Source of the DNA: Eledone cirrhosa | Lineage: Eukaryota | NCBI GenBank assembly: GCA_964016885.1 | Contig: OZ024756.1 | Coordinates: forward strand, 40,548,001 to 40,612,000 | DNA length: 64,000 bases | Direction of reading: 5' to 3' | Shown here: one piece after another, positions 1-10,985 of the stretch | How the letters are laid out: each line of letters begins with the position of its first letter | How positions within the stretch are numbered: position 1 is the first letter of the stretch | Made by a program: the position numbers and the translations under genes | Notes under the pieces: generated by a model | Databases searched by the model: none | Told to the model about the DNA's origin: nothing | Seen by the model: the letters and a program-made list of their open reading frames with translations, nothing else

Positions 1-385
1 TTACAGTAAATATGTAGGAGCTAAATAACAATGGCATGAGTAAATAAATATAAATGCTATCTATAAACTAATCTACACAGTGTTCCTATATTACAGATTC
101 AAGTGCTGCCCATGCATACATACCTGGTAAGATTTTCATTGAAATTTGTTTCTATTTCAATTATTTATAAGATAGAGAAATGGGGAACTGTAGTCCACTC
201 ATTACCATATTTCTAATGAAAGCAGTGCTAGATTTAGGACAAATGAGGCCCTGTGCTAGTTATGAGGCTCTTTTCTTGGGCCCTGGAGGAGGTAGGCTTG
301 GTAAAAGAAATTTTTGGGGGGATGGAAGATGGGCTTCTGGTCAACGGGGCCCTGTGCTTAAGCACAAAGGTGAATCCAGCACTGA

Positions 386-640
386 ATGAAAGACACTGTC
401 TATGTCTTTAACCCTTTCATTACCATACTTCTAATGAAAGACACTCTCTGTGTCATTAACCCTTTCATTACCATATTTCTAATGAAAGACACTACCTTTG
501 TCATTAACCCTTTCATTACCATACTTCTAATGAAAGACACTGTCTATGTCTTTAACCCTTTCATTACAATATTTGTAATGAAAGACACTCCCTATGTTGT
601 TAATCCTTTCATACCATATTACTAATACTGTCTATGATTT
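386..640. repeat. 48-bp minisatellite (~5 copies)
   Basis: Repeating unit ATGAAAGACACTGTCTATGTCTTTAACCCTTTCATTACCATACTTCTA; 16-aa period in the spurious ORF. Confidence 0.9.
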
Positions 641-879
641 GAAAATAATGAAAACTTTGGAGAAATTTAGCTACCTAACCAACTTTCTTATTATTAAGCT
701 GATATTTGTAACATAACTGCTTTTATAAGATGCACTTGAAAATTATAAAACTATGACTGCATCACATTTTCTTTAGCTATAGGCTCAGTTCAGTACATTT
801 TATCAATATTCGTTTTGGCTTTTGGGGGGGTTTTTTTTGTCTATATTTGATTTCCTCTGTTTTGTTGTTAGGTGTCGAT

Positions 880-3800
880 ATGAATGGAAACAAAAGAACC
901 AGAAACTTGAAATGGAAGCCATCTAAGGAAGTACATTTTAAATCTCCTCTCTTCACTAATAGTCAACATACAGAAAATGTAACTTCTTTTCCAGGAGAGC
1001 CTGTAAGTAGAGTTTTTCTTCACTCTTTTACTGCTTAGAGTTAGGGTTCGTCTCAGTTTTACTCTATCAAACTACCCCCATAAATTATCTGTGTTAGATA
1101 ATTTATGGGGAGTTATTTGATAGAGTGTCACATCTAGGTGTTTTCTGAATCAGGTATTTTGTAGTTTTATTCCTAATCTTTGATTGCAAAAACATATCCT
1201 TCAAAGTGAGAGCCATTATAGCAGTTGTTGGTCCAAAACGGACTACTTTGCTTATCAATATTACTCTCACTTTGGTGCTTCCTGGCAACATAACCATGCA
1301 TGCTTTCTAGCTGATCAGCATGCTGCAGTTTTTCACCCATGAATCCATTGCGGTATTGCTGTGCAATTTCCCTGGGTGTGAAGAGTTTTTGGTTATCATG
1401 CAGGGAGTATTTCTCACGGAGTTCCTTCCCAATCTCACCATTGATGCTGTATGGTTTTGCTGTAATACAGGGACAGTAATTCGTTTGTATCTCTTTCAAC
1501 CACATTTCATCTTAGTCAAATTTCTTTTTCTCACCCCATATTTTTCTCCAGAAAGACATTCTTTCTGGAATGGGACCTCAGTGATATTTATTGATTTGTC
1601 CCTCATATCTCTATAGATTGATGTTTGATTTCCACTGAGTCATTTTCCTTTCTGCCACTCTCTTCTGATAGTTAAAAGGGCCAGCCTTGTCCTACCAAAT
1701 TTCCCTGAGTAGGCTCTCCACTTTCTGTGTTCAAATCCTGCTGAGATCAACTTTGCCTTTCATCCATTCGAGGTCAATAAAAAAAATACCAGTCAAGTAC
1801 TGGGGTCAATTCTTCCTCTATATCTCTTTCTCACTTCCATTCCCTCATTATCCTTATCTGGAAGAAATCTGTTGTATTCAGACAGGGAGAGGAGATGAGC
1901 TCCACTAGATTTTAAAATTCCCTAGAATTGCCTTATGTCAATATGCTGCCCCTACAACTCCCTCCTCAAAAGTTAAGTACCATGCATTGTATCTAACATT
2001 CCAACAGCTCTGCTAATTAGTCACCTCATTTGTATATAATTATTGTTTATAACATTTTCTGAATTTTAGATTTCCTAAAATTTTACAACTTTTTTATTCT
2101 TTTTTTTTTTATGTTTTCTCTAAGATGTCTGAAAATAAAACCAGTCGAGTGCTTGATAAAGCAGCAGACTCCACTAAACTACACAATTATGACATTTCTA
2201 ACAATGAAACTTGTAAAATATTCCTTAAAGACTTATGTCAGGATGACAAACTACGTGTAGCTCATCTGATTTTAGAACTCGCTAAGTAAGTTTTAACTCT
2301 TCTTTTTTCATAACTTAAGAAAATGTTATGTCAAGTTATGTTGAAGGGTTTAAATTTATATGAACCCTTTAAACTGGGGAGTTTTGTTTCATAGAACTAG
2401 AGGCAGCTTTGGTTGGGTTGGTATTAAAAGTGTTAATCTGGTGTTTGAAGTATAACTAAACTCTTTGTATTTTGCAGTAAATATATAAAAAAATGTGTTT
2501 GTTAATTCAAATGTTTATCTTTACTAGTGCACAGATCATTCTGAAAATTTACAGTAAACTAAAGTAAAACTAATATTTAATGTGATGCTTTCATAAAACT
2601 TATTTGTATTTTTCAAGACGGTCTTGTTGATGTGGTTTCATGTGGGACAGGATGTTGAGTTATCAAAGGTTTTTTTTTTTTACATAGAATTATCATGGTA
2701 GATTTTTAGATAAATATAAACAACTTATAACACATTTTTGTGTGTAGGTATTTAAAAAAATGTATTTCTGTAATTTTATCAGTTTACCATTTATTCTATG
2801 AAGACATCTATTCACTGTTAGCTTGATGAAAATTAAAAGACTTAAAATTGTGTTTTGTCTTACATTTCTAGACTTGGTGATGAACGAGACAGCGCCAAGG
2901 AACAGTTAAGCAAAGAACGTGGAGATTTTAAAGTTCAAATAAAACATTTAACAGGACAACTTAAAACACTCACAGATGACCATAAACGTAAATCATTTAT
3001 TTCTAGCTTAACCCTTTGGCATATATGATATATAATGTAGTTTATATATATATATATAATGTAGTTAGTTAGCAGGGAAAAGTGGACATAAAATGATGAT
3101 GATATATATATGTGATATATAATGTAGTTATATATATATGTGTGTGATATATAATGTAGTTATATATATGTGTGTGTGTGATATATAATGTAGTTATACT
3201 TGTCTATTTTATGTAGAGATTCTGTGTAAGATGATGGACTGCCAGCACTTGTTAAGTATTTACCAACACATCCTCACTGAAGTACAGGAACAAAAGACAA
3301 CCCAAACACCTCATCAGACTACTCAACACCTCAATACCAAAGTATGTTTATTGTAAATATTTTTTATATATGTACCCCACCCCCAACTCCTTTTTATGAT
3401 AGTAATTTGAGGGAAATTTAGCTGCTATCTCTAGTTGGTCAAGTGTTTGTGTACAGAGTGTAAATTGGTAGAATTGTTAGCATGATGTAGACTTTGGTGT
3501 TTGATAAATAATGTTGATTGGTTCAGATATAGGGATGTATAAGATTTAAGTGGGAACTGCTATATGTTGATCATCTAGTATGTACAGTTGAATCTATGGT
3601 AGATACATTTGGAAAGAAAACCTTGAATCAAGAAGCTTCAAAGTAGATTTCCCAGATATTGGAGTCTGTTTTGATATTTAAACAAGTTGAGGTTCTTTTC
3701 AGTTTTTACCTTTGATTTTCATTCATTTTAAGGTAAATACTGCTATAGGCTTTGTTTCTCATGATTTTCTGAAAAAATTTAGTCTTGAGTAAAAATATAA

Positions 3801-6576
3801 TTTTTTTTTTTTTTTTTGTATGAAAGCTTTTCAATATTTAATTTTCACTTGTCCTTTAAATTGAACCATTTTCTGTTCTAGGAAAATATGCAACATGGCA
3901 AAACTTCCCCAGACTGTTCATGTGAACATGCTTTAAAACAACAGCCTGTTTACAACAGTGCAGAATATGTATCTAACCAAGTGAAACAGTGTAGTCCACC
4001 TTCAGAGAGCTATAACTCTCACTCAAGATCCTGCTTTTCTTTACCAGCTACAATGCCTCTTTCTGAGAATTCTAACAATTCCAATATCTCAAATCCATGT
4101 AGTACAAAATCTTTAAATATTTATTCACAACAAAGGCTTCTACATCACAAAAGACCTAACTTGGCCTCTCATGTTGTTAGACGAGATTTAAAACCTGCTA
4201 AATATATATTCAAAACTAGCCCTAATGATGAACCAAAAAAGTGTGCTAGGGTAGAAATACTTAGAGAAAGACCTTCAGAAAATTTCCAAGAGTTAGGGTT
4301 GAAATCTGACCCTTCTGAAAAAGATGGCACTAGCTCAAATATTAACTTTGGTTATGATTTGGTTAGAGATAAAATATATATTTCTAAAACCAGACAGCCA
4401 CCCCCTTTGTCTGCAGAGAAAATGATATCCTCAAAAGATTGTTTAGATACACGAAAGAGTAGAAGTCATAGATTATTTGGCCCTCTTCGGGAACCTATTA
4501 TGTCAAGTACTCAAAGGAGCTCAGAATTTGGATATAGTGGCTCTGTCTGTTCACAAAACACAGTTGATAATGTTGCAGGCACTAACATCAGTAAGAATTA
4601 TTCACAATCTGCTCATAGTCTTCCAGAGACCCTACTGTCATATAAAAAACTTCAACCTCTTAATTCTGCTGGTATATTACTTTCAAAGGACAATCCCCTT
4701 GACAATTATATAGAAGGGAAAACATCAACACTTTGTTCATCTGTGCAGAGTTTACCAAATGTTTTATTACAAGCTGCATATTCCAGGAACTCAGATTTAC
4801 ACAATAAAGCTGTTCTTTGTGACAAAACCAATGAGGAAGGCTTACATAACACATCATTTCAGTCGAACAGTTCTAAAATATCTCAAGCTGATTTGTTAAC
4901 AAATAGTGTAAATGCCGAACAATTTTGTCAAATGGATTTCGAAGAACGCCGCCAGTTTCTTGTGAAGCAACGAGAACTCCTGAACGAGGAACGGAATCAT
5001 CTGATGTCCATTCTGAATCATCCAGACATCAAACCTCTCGAACTCAACTCTATTTCTAATTGTAGTAAGTTCTTTATATCTCTCTCTCTCTCTAATATAT
5101 ATATATATATATATATATATCATCATCTTCATTTAACGTCTATCTTCCACGCTAGCATGGGTTAAATGGGAGTTGTCCCACTTGAGGCAAGGTTGGTCGG
5201 GTGTCCGTGTCTCACTCGTATAGGTTTTCTATGGCTAGATGCCCTTCCTAACACCAACCACATTTACAGTGTGGACTGGGAACTTTTTACCGTGTTACCT
5301 ACACGACCTCATTACAGCGTGGACTGTTTTTTTGTCGTGACACCTACACGATCTCATTAGTTTGGACTGGATGTTGTGGTACCAACATAACTTTATAGAG
5401 AAAGGGTGGTGTTGGCGGGAGTGGGGTAGTGGGTTGGGGTATGTTTGGTTTGGAGGGGCCGAATGTCTGTATGTGGTTGATGGCTGAGAGAAAGGAGTAC
5501 TCAATACTAAAGTAGAGTTCTTGTCTGATGACTCTGTAATAAACAGGCGAAACTCCAGAGTAACAAGACTCACTTATATGTAAATATATATGAGAGTGTG
5601 TGTGTGTGTGCAGAAGTTTCCAGTAATAAAGAAGCTCCATAAGATGTATTGAATATTATTTTGTTATGCACCCAAATATTTTAAACACATAGGCACATGG
5701 CTTAGTGGTTAGAACATTGGCCTTGCAATCGAAAGGTTATGAGTTCAATTCTCAGACCGGGTGATGTGTTGTTTCCTTGAGCAAGACACTTTATTTCACA
5801 TTGTTCCAGTTTACTCAGCTGTGAAATGCGATGATAGGGACTGGGGTCCATATCATTCCACCCCAAAGTGGTCGTGGAGGTGCCACGGCAAAAAAGCACC
5901 CAGCACTCACTGTAAATGAGGTTGGTGTTAGGAAGGGCATCCAGCTGTAGAAATCAAGCCAGAATCAGTTCCCGTCCCACCCTTGCAAGCAGGGAAAAAG
6001 CGGATGTAAAATGAAATGAAAAAAAAAATGAATTCTAATTTTTAACTGTATTAAATTTTAAATACATTAATGTAAACTGCTAATTAAATTGAGTGAAAGT
6101 GATGGCAAATATAACTGCTAACATTCTATACATGTGACCACATTAACAAGACATTCTTGAAAAGTACAAAACAGTACTGCATCACATGAAATATTAGTCA
6201 TTACTTTAATATTGAAAATTTTCACAACAATCTGTTCACTCGTAAAGATTCTATAAATATTTGAATTAAGAAACCTAGGCTTGTTTCCACTAAATTTTTT
6301 GAGGATGTTAAAAATTAAGGTATTTTGTTTTAGAAAAATCTCTAGCAGAAATATCATTCACTAGTCAACCAACGCCGTCTAGGCCCCAACAAAAAGGGAA
6401 TTCTAATATTCAGAAAGACATAGAAGTCTTGGAGCCTGAGACTTTGGTGAAAGGGGAAAGTGAATTCATGGATCTCTCTAATGGAGCTGTCTGCACTCCT
6501 AAGTAAGTTACACCCACTTTCTCCCTCTCACTCTTTCTCCCTTCAGGGATTTCTCTAATGGAGTTGTTTCCACCCC

Positions 6577-6635
<59 letters not shown>

Positions 6636-8447
6636 GTGTGAGAGAGAGAGGGGGTGAGAGAATTACAATTTGATACTAAACTGGCCCAAACCAGTTTTAA
6701 TTCTAAGAAATAAAACCCGTAATGAAATAATTAATAATTTTAGTAAGTCCCTCAAAATTCTTCATTAATTAATTGAACTAAGTGTATTTCAATAGAAATT
6801 TAGTCAGAAATGGATTAAAATGTTGTTGTTAATTAATACTGAGTGTAATTGTATTAATACTGAGTGTAATTGTATTAATACTGAGTGTAATTTTATTAAT
6901 ATTTAGTGTGTGTGTATTTCCCAGTGCCAGAGATCTGCCAAATCAGCAAAATATTGAAGATTCCTGCAGTGTTACTTCTGAAGTCAGCATCAGTTCGAAG
7001 TAAGTTATTGATCTATTGATTAGACAGACTAGTAGACCAGTGTCATCAATAATAACGGCAGTGTATTAGTAGTGTACTAGTGTCATTAATAGTGACAGTA
7101 ATGACCACAACAAGAAGTACCCAGTCCACCCTGTAATGTGGTAGTGCTGGTGCCACAAGAAGCACCCAGTTCACCCTGTAATGTGGTAGTGCTGGTGCCA
7201 CAAGAAGCACCCAGTTCACCCTGTAATGTGGTAGTGCTGGTGCCACAAGAAGCACCCAGTCCACCCTGTAATGTGGTAGTGCTGGTGCCACAAGCAGCAC
7301 CCAGTCCACCCTGTAATGTGGTAGTGCTGGTGCCACAAGAAGCACCCAGTTCACCCTGTAATGTGGTAGTGCTGGTGCCACAAGCAGCACCCAGTTCACC
7401 CTGTAATGTGGTAGTGCTGGTGCCACAAGAAGCACCCAGTTCACCCTGTAATGTGGTAGTGCTGGTGCCACAAGAAGCACCCAGTTCACCCTGTAATGTG
7501 GTAGTGCTGGTGCCACAAGAAGCACCCAGTCCACCCTGTAATGTGGTAGTGCTGGTGCCACAAGAAGCACCCAGTTCACCCTGTAATGTGGTAGTGCTGG
7601 TGCCACAAGCAGCACCCAGTCCACCCTGTAATGTGGTAGTGCTGGTGCCACAAGAAGCACCCAGTTCACCCTGTAATGTGGTAGTGCTGGTGCCACAAGC
7701 AGCACCCAGTCCACCCTGTAATGTGGTAGTGCTGGTGCCACAAGCAGCACACAGTTCACTTTCTAATGGGGTAGTGATGGTGCCAAAATAATTTTCTAGA
7801 ATTAACACAAGAAATTTGCTTGAATTATATATATATAATATGGCAATTCATGTCATCCTCCTGCTTCTTGTGGATACTACAGAAGCGTCAAAACACAACA
7901 CTTGAAAGCTATTTCTAAATTTGAAATTTAAATTAAAATTTAAAGTGATAAGACTGGAACGTTTTACTCTGAGAGTTCCCCATTCTCTGATGAAGGGATT
8001 TTTAAATCCTGAAATATTAAGACGAAAAAAGATAATAAATACTAGATAACACAAACCTTTTCGTTGCCTTCATTTTACCATCCATTTCACATTGTCTTAA
8101 CCATCTTAAACTTACCATTACTACATTATATTTTACCATCCATTTCACAGTGTTAAACATCTTAAACTTACCATTACTACATTATATACTATACACACTG
8201 TTTCAAGCAAACTACAACTTTCTAGTATTTTCTACAATTATATTTATATATTATTTTCAGACAATCTTCACTTTGTTTGGCAGATTTGATTGATTCTATT
8301 GAGTCAGACACTCCTCTATCCCACAGACAATATTCTACAAAAACTTCTTACAAAATATCCCCAAAACACCAGAACACTTTTCGATCAGATAAATTGGAAG
8401 AAAAATTTGAAAATGATATTTTAAAGGACATTTTCTTTTTAAACTAA
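880..8447 (+). CDS. KIAA1328: Hinderin (KIAA1328)-like coiled-coil protein, 8 coding exons; 5' end may extend upstream of the window
   Basis: Exons 872/880-1002, 2125-2285, 2872-2987, 3217-3341, 3882-5064, 6334-6502, 6925-6999 and 8261-8447 join in frame with GT-AG sites. LKDLCQDDKLRVAHLILELAKLGDERD...CQHLLSIYQ and the C-terminal ILKDIFFLN* resemble the conserved hinderin N-terminal coiled coil and C-terminal 'ILEDIFF' motif (recalled family knowledge). Confidence 0.8.
1125..1505 (-). mobile_element. Degenerate R4/Dong-clade non-LTR retrotransposon ORF fragment in hinderin intron
   Basis: Translation MHGYVARK...FWTNN...FEGYVFAIKD followed by TKYL...RC in another frame resembles the region preceding the CCHC finger in R4-clade elements; stops and frameshifts present. 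Confidence 0.55.
5120..5440 (-). mobile_element. RTE-related SINE/LINE 3' fragment with (CAT)n tail; related copies at ~9520-9630, ~38900-39260, ~53630-53900, ~56540-56680
   Basis: Recurrent CATCATC-TTTAACGTCTATCTTCCACGCTAGCATGGGTT...GGATGCCCTTCCTAACACCAACCAC; near-colinear with 38900-39260. Confidence 0.7.
5515..5571 (+). ncRNA. Type I hammerhead ribozyme motif
   Basis: Stem I (GAGT)TCTTGT / ACAAGA(CTC); core CTGATGA 5525-5531; stem II TCTGT-aataa-ACAGG; GAAA 5549-5552; stem III CTC-ca-GAG; cleavage triplet GUA (5560-5562). Confidence 0.75.
5692..5825 (+). mobile_element. tRNA-derived SINE (family 2); other copies ~20494-20610 (+), ~20200-20450 (-), ~30290-30490 (-)
   Basis: A-box/B-box head GGCTTAGTGGTTAG...GAGTTCAATTC followed by the shared TCCTTGAGCAAGACACTTTATTTCACATTG. 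Confidence 0.75.
7112..7765. repeat. 45-bp minisatellite (~14 copies) in hinderin intron 7
   Basis: Unit CACCCAGT(T/C)CACCCTGTAATGTGGTAGTGCTGGTGCCACAAG(A/C)AG; 15-aa period in three frames. Confidence 0.95.
7983..8024 (+). ncRNA. Minimal (Penelope-type) hammerhead ribozyme motif
   Basis: CTGATGA(A) 7987, stem II GGGATTT-tt-AAATCCT, GAAA 8011-8014, palindromic AATATT stem III, short stem I TCT/AGA. Confidence 0.6.
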
Positions 8448-8823
8448 TTCATGAATTGATCAACATTTTCTTTTTAATAAAGTATGGGTGGGAAGACTCT
8501 TTTTCTTTTATATTCCATCTGGAATTTATGTATATTTTAAGTTATCTATTTTTTTTTTTTTTGTTGAAGGGGGCGAAATATGAATTTGTGAATATATTTT
8601 TATTTTATAAACTATGTCTCAGATTTTTATTTTTTTCGTATTTTTTATTTCTGGAAAATTTTGAAATATTTCTTTTATACATTTTCATTAAATTAAAATA
8701 TTGTATGTAGCTGTGTTGGTTATAAACTTGGCTGAACATACATATTTGATTCAATGTGATCAAGTCAGTCGTGAGTTATTGCTGTTTATGTACAGACGTG
8801 TTTATAACCTCTGTTACATTTGT

Positions 8824-9140
8824 GATGAAGAAAAATATCACACAACGATATATCATAGAATTTTCTGTGAAACTCAATAAATCTGCCTCCAAGCCATTTA
8901 ATTCTTTCCATAAAGCTTATGGAAATGCCACTCTATTGAGAAGTAAGGTTTTTAAGTGGCACAAAGCTTTCAAAGAGGGCCAAGAAAATGTTGAAGATGA
9001 ACCTTGTTCTGGAAGGCCAATCCCATCAACAAATGAACAAAATGTGGAAGTGGTGATGGCAAAAGATCGTCAATTAAGTGTTAGGATGATTACAGAAGAA
9101 AAATGCAGTTCACAGAATTTTAACAGACCATTTGTACAAA
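8824..9140 (+). mobile_element. Mariner-family transposase N-terminal (HTH) relic
   Basis: QRYIIEFSVKL...KAYGNATLLRSKVFKWHKAFKEGQENVEDEPCSGRP is the typical mariner HTH/'SGRP' region; truncated. Confidence 0.85.
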
Positions 9141-9724
9141 ACTTGTCTTCTTTTCACTCACATCTTACTAATTTTAGAATATTCTGAGAAGAGATGGCCA
9201 CTAGAAATAGTGGAATAAGTCAGATAAACATTGCCAGCTAAATTATTTATAGAAATATAAAAATACACTGAAGCGAGAACTAAACTAAACAGTGAGTGTG
9301 TTTTATTATATATTTCTGGCAATATGACATGACCCTCCCCAAATATAACAAGAAAAGAAAAATCTTTCTTTTTGTCTTCTCAACAGACTTTGTATGCCAA
9401 CCATCCACTGATGTTGACCAAGAGAAATGTAAAAGGTGGCACAGCTTGACTCTAGTGTCATCACAACTCATACACACAATATATATATACTATAAACACC
9501 ATATATACATACTATATATCATCATCATCATCATGGATTAACATCTATCTTCCACACTAACATGAGTTAGACGGGTTTGTCCCATTTAGAGGCAAGTAGG
9601 GTCTGGTGACCGTGTCTTGCTCATATAGGAGTGTTTCTATATATATATACATATAAAATACTAGAATATGGGTGGATTATATCCGTAGTGGTAGAGCACT
9701 CAGTCCAAGGGACGAGTTTGGTAG

Positions 9725-9854
9725 AAGTAGTTCCACAACAGTTCACCATACCAAGAACAACTGTTTCACCTTATTCAGATACTCAGCTCGAACTGAATAT
9801 CTGAATAAGGTGAAACAGTTGTTCTTGGTATGGTGAACTGTTGTGGAACTACTT
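9725..9854. repeat. Perfect ~57-bp inverted repeat (hairpin) next to (TA)n
   Basis: 9725-9781 is the reverse complement of 9798-9854, with a 16-nt spacer. Confidence 0.9.
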
Positions 9855-10400
9855 ATATATATATATCCATCCCCACAATATATAATGTCCAAGAGAAAGT
9901 GATGGGCTGATACCATTTGATACCGATGTTGTCATCACATCTTTATTTTATTGACTATAAAAGGATGAAAAACAAAGTTGACCATCAAACAACTTGTCTG
10001 GCACTCTACCACTTCTGAAAGTCTACCTGAACTAAACAACAACAACAATAACAGCCATTTCTGATTTGTGCACAAAGGCCAGCAATTTTGGGGAAGGGGA
10101 AAGTTGATTAGATCGAAACCACCCAGTACATTACTGGTACTTTATTTTATTGACCCCGTAAGGATGAAAGGCGAAGTTAACCTCAGCAGCATTTGAACTC
10201 AGAACGCAAAGGGACGTAACTTTATGTCGCGAAGCATGGTATCCGACACTCCACTGATTCTGCTGCCATAAAAGGCAATGTTGTGATGTCAAAGAAATTA
10301 GTCAGCTGGTTGTTGCTAGGTAACAGCTGTTGTTGTTAGTTACATAGAATCACAAAACCTCAGTCAGCTGGCTGTTTATTTATCTCAAGACAGCCATACA

Positions 10401-10437
<37 letters not shown>

Positions 10438-10502
10438 GTACACATAAACATACTAAATACAGAAACACACACATACTAACAACAAACGCACACAAATTCA
10501 AA

Positions 10503-10887
10503 ATGTCTTCCAAGAAGAAATCAGGAAAAGCAGACAAGAAAAACAACAAAAAATTTGGTTTGAAATTATTTTTATATTTATTGAGTTCTAACAGTTTTCT
10601 GTCTTGTTTGACAAGTTTGTAGTAATGTAGACATATACTCCTTGTAGCTGTGGTGGTTGTTTTAGTCTGTCAGTGTGTCTATATCTACCAAGGAGTCTAT
10701 CTGTCAATGTGTGCCTGTTATTTTGCTATGTAAAGGAATGTTCACAACTATATAACGATTGTTGTTGTTGTTGTTGTTGTAGGCAAAGGTCAAGAATTGG
10801 AAGATAAACTGCAGCAAACAACGGTTGAAATGAGAGCCATGGAAGATTATGTTGGTAAATATTGGTCACACATACACTTGATATATA

Positions 10888-10919
<32 letters not shown>

Positions 10920-10942
10920 CACATACACTTTATATATATGTA

Positions 10943-10985
<43 letters not shown>

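Noticed and set aside
7046-7808. Repetitive ORFs / CRISPR-like periodicity
   Set aside because: Head-to-tail 45-bp minisatellite inside an intron; no unique spacers, no cas genes, eukaryotic context. The same applies to 22725-23180 and 39903-40768.
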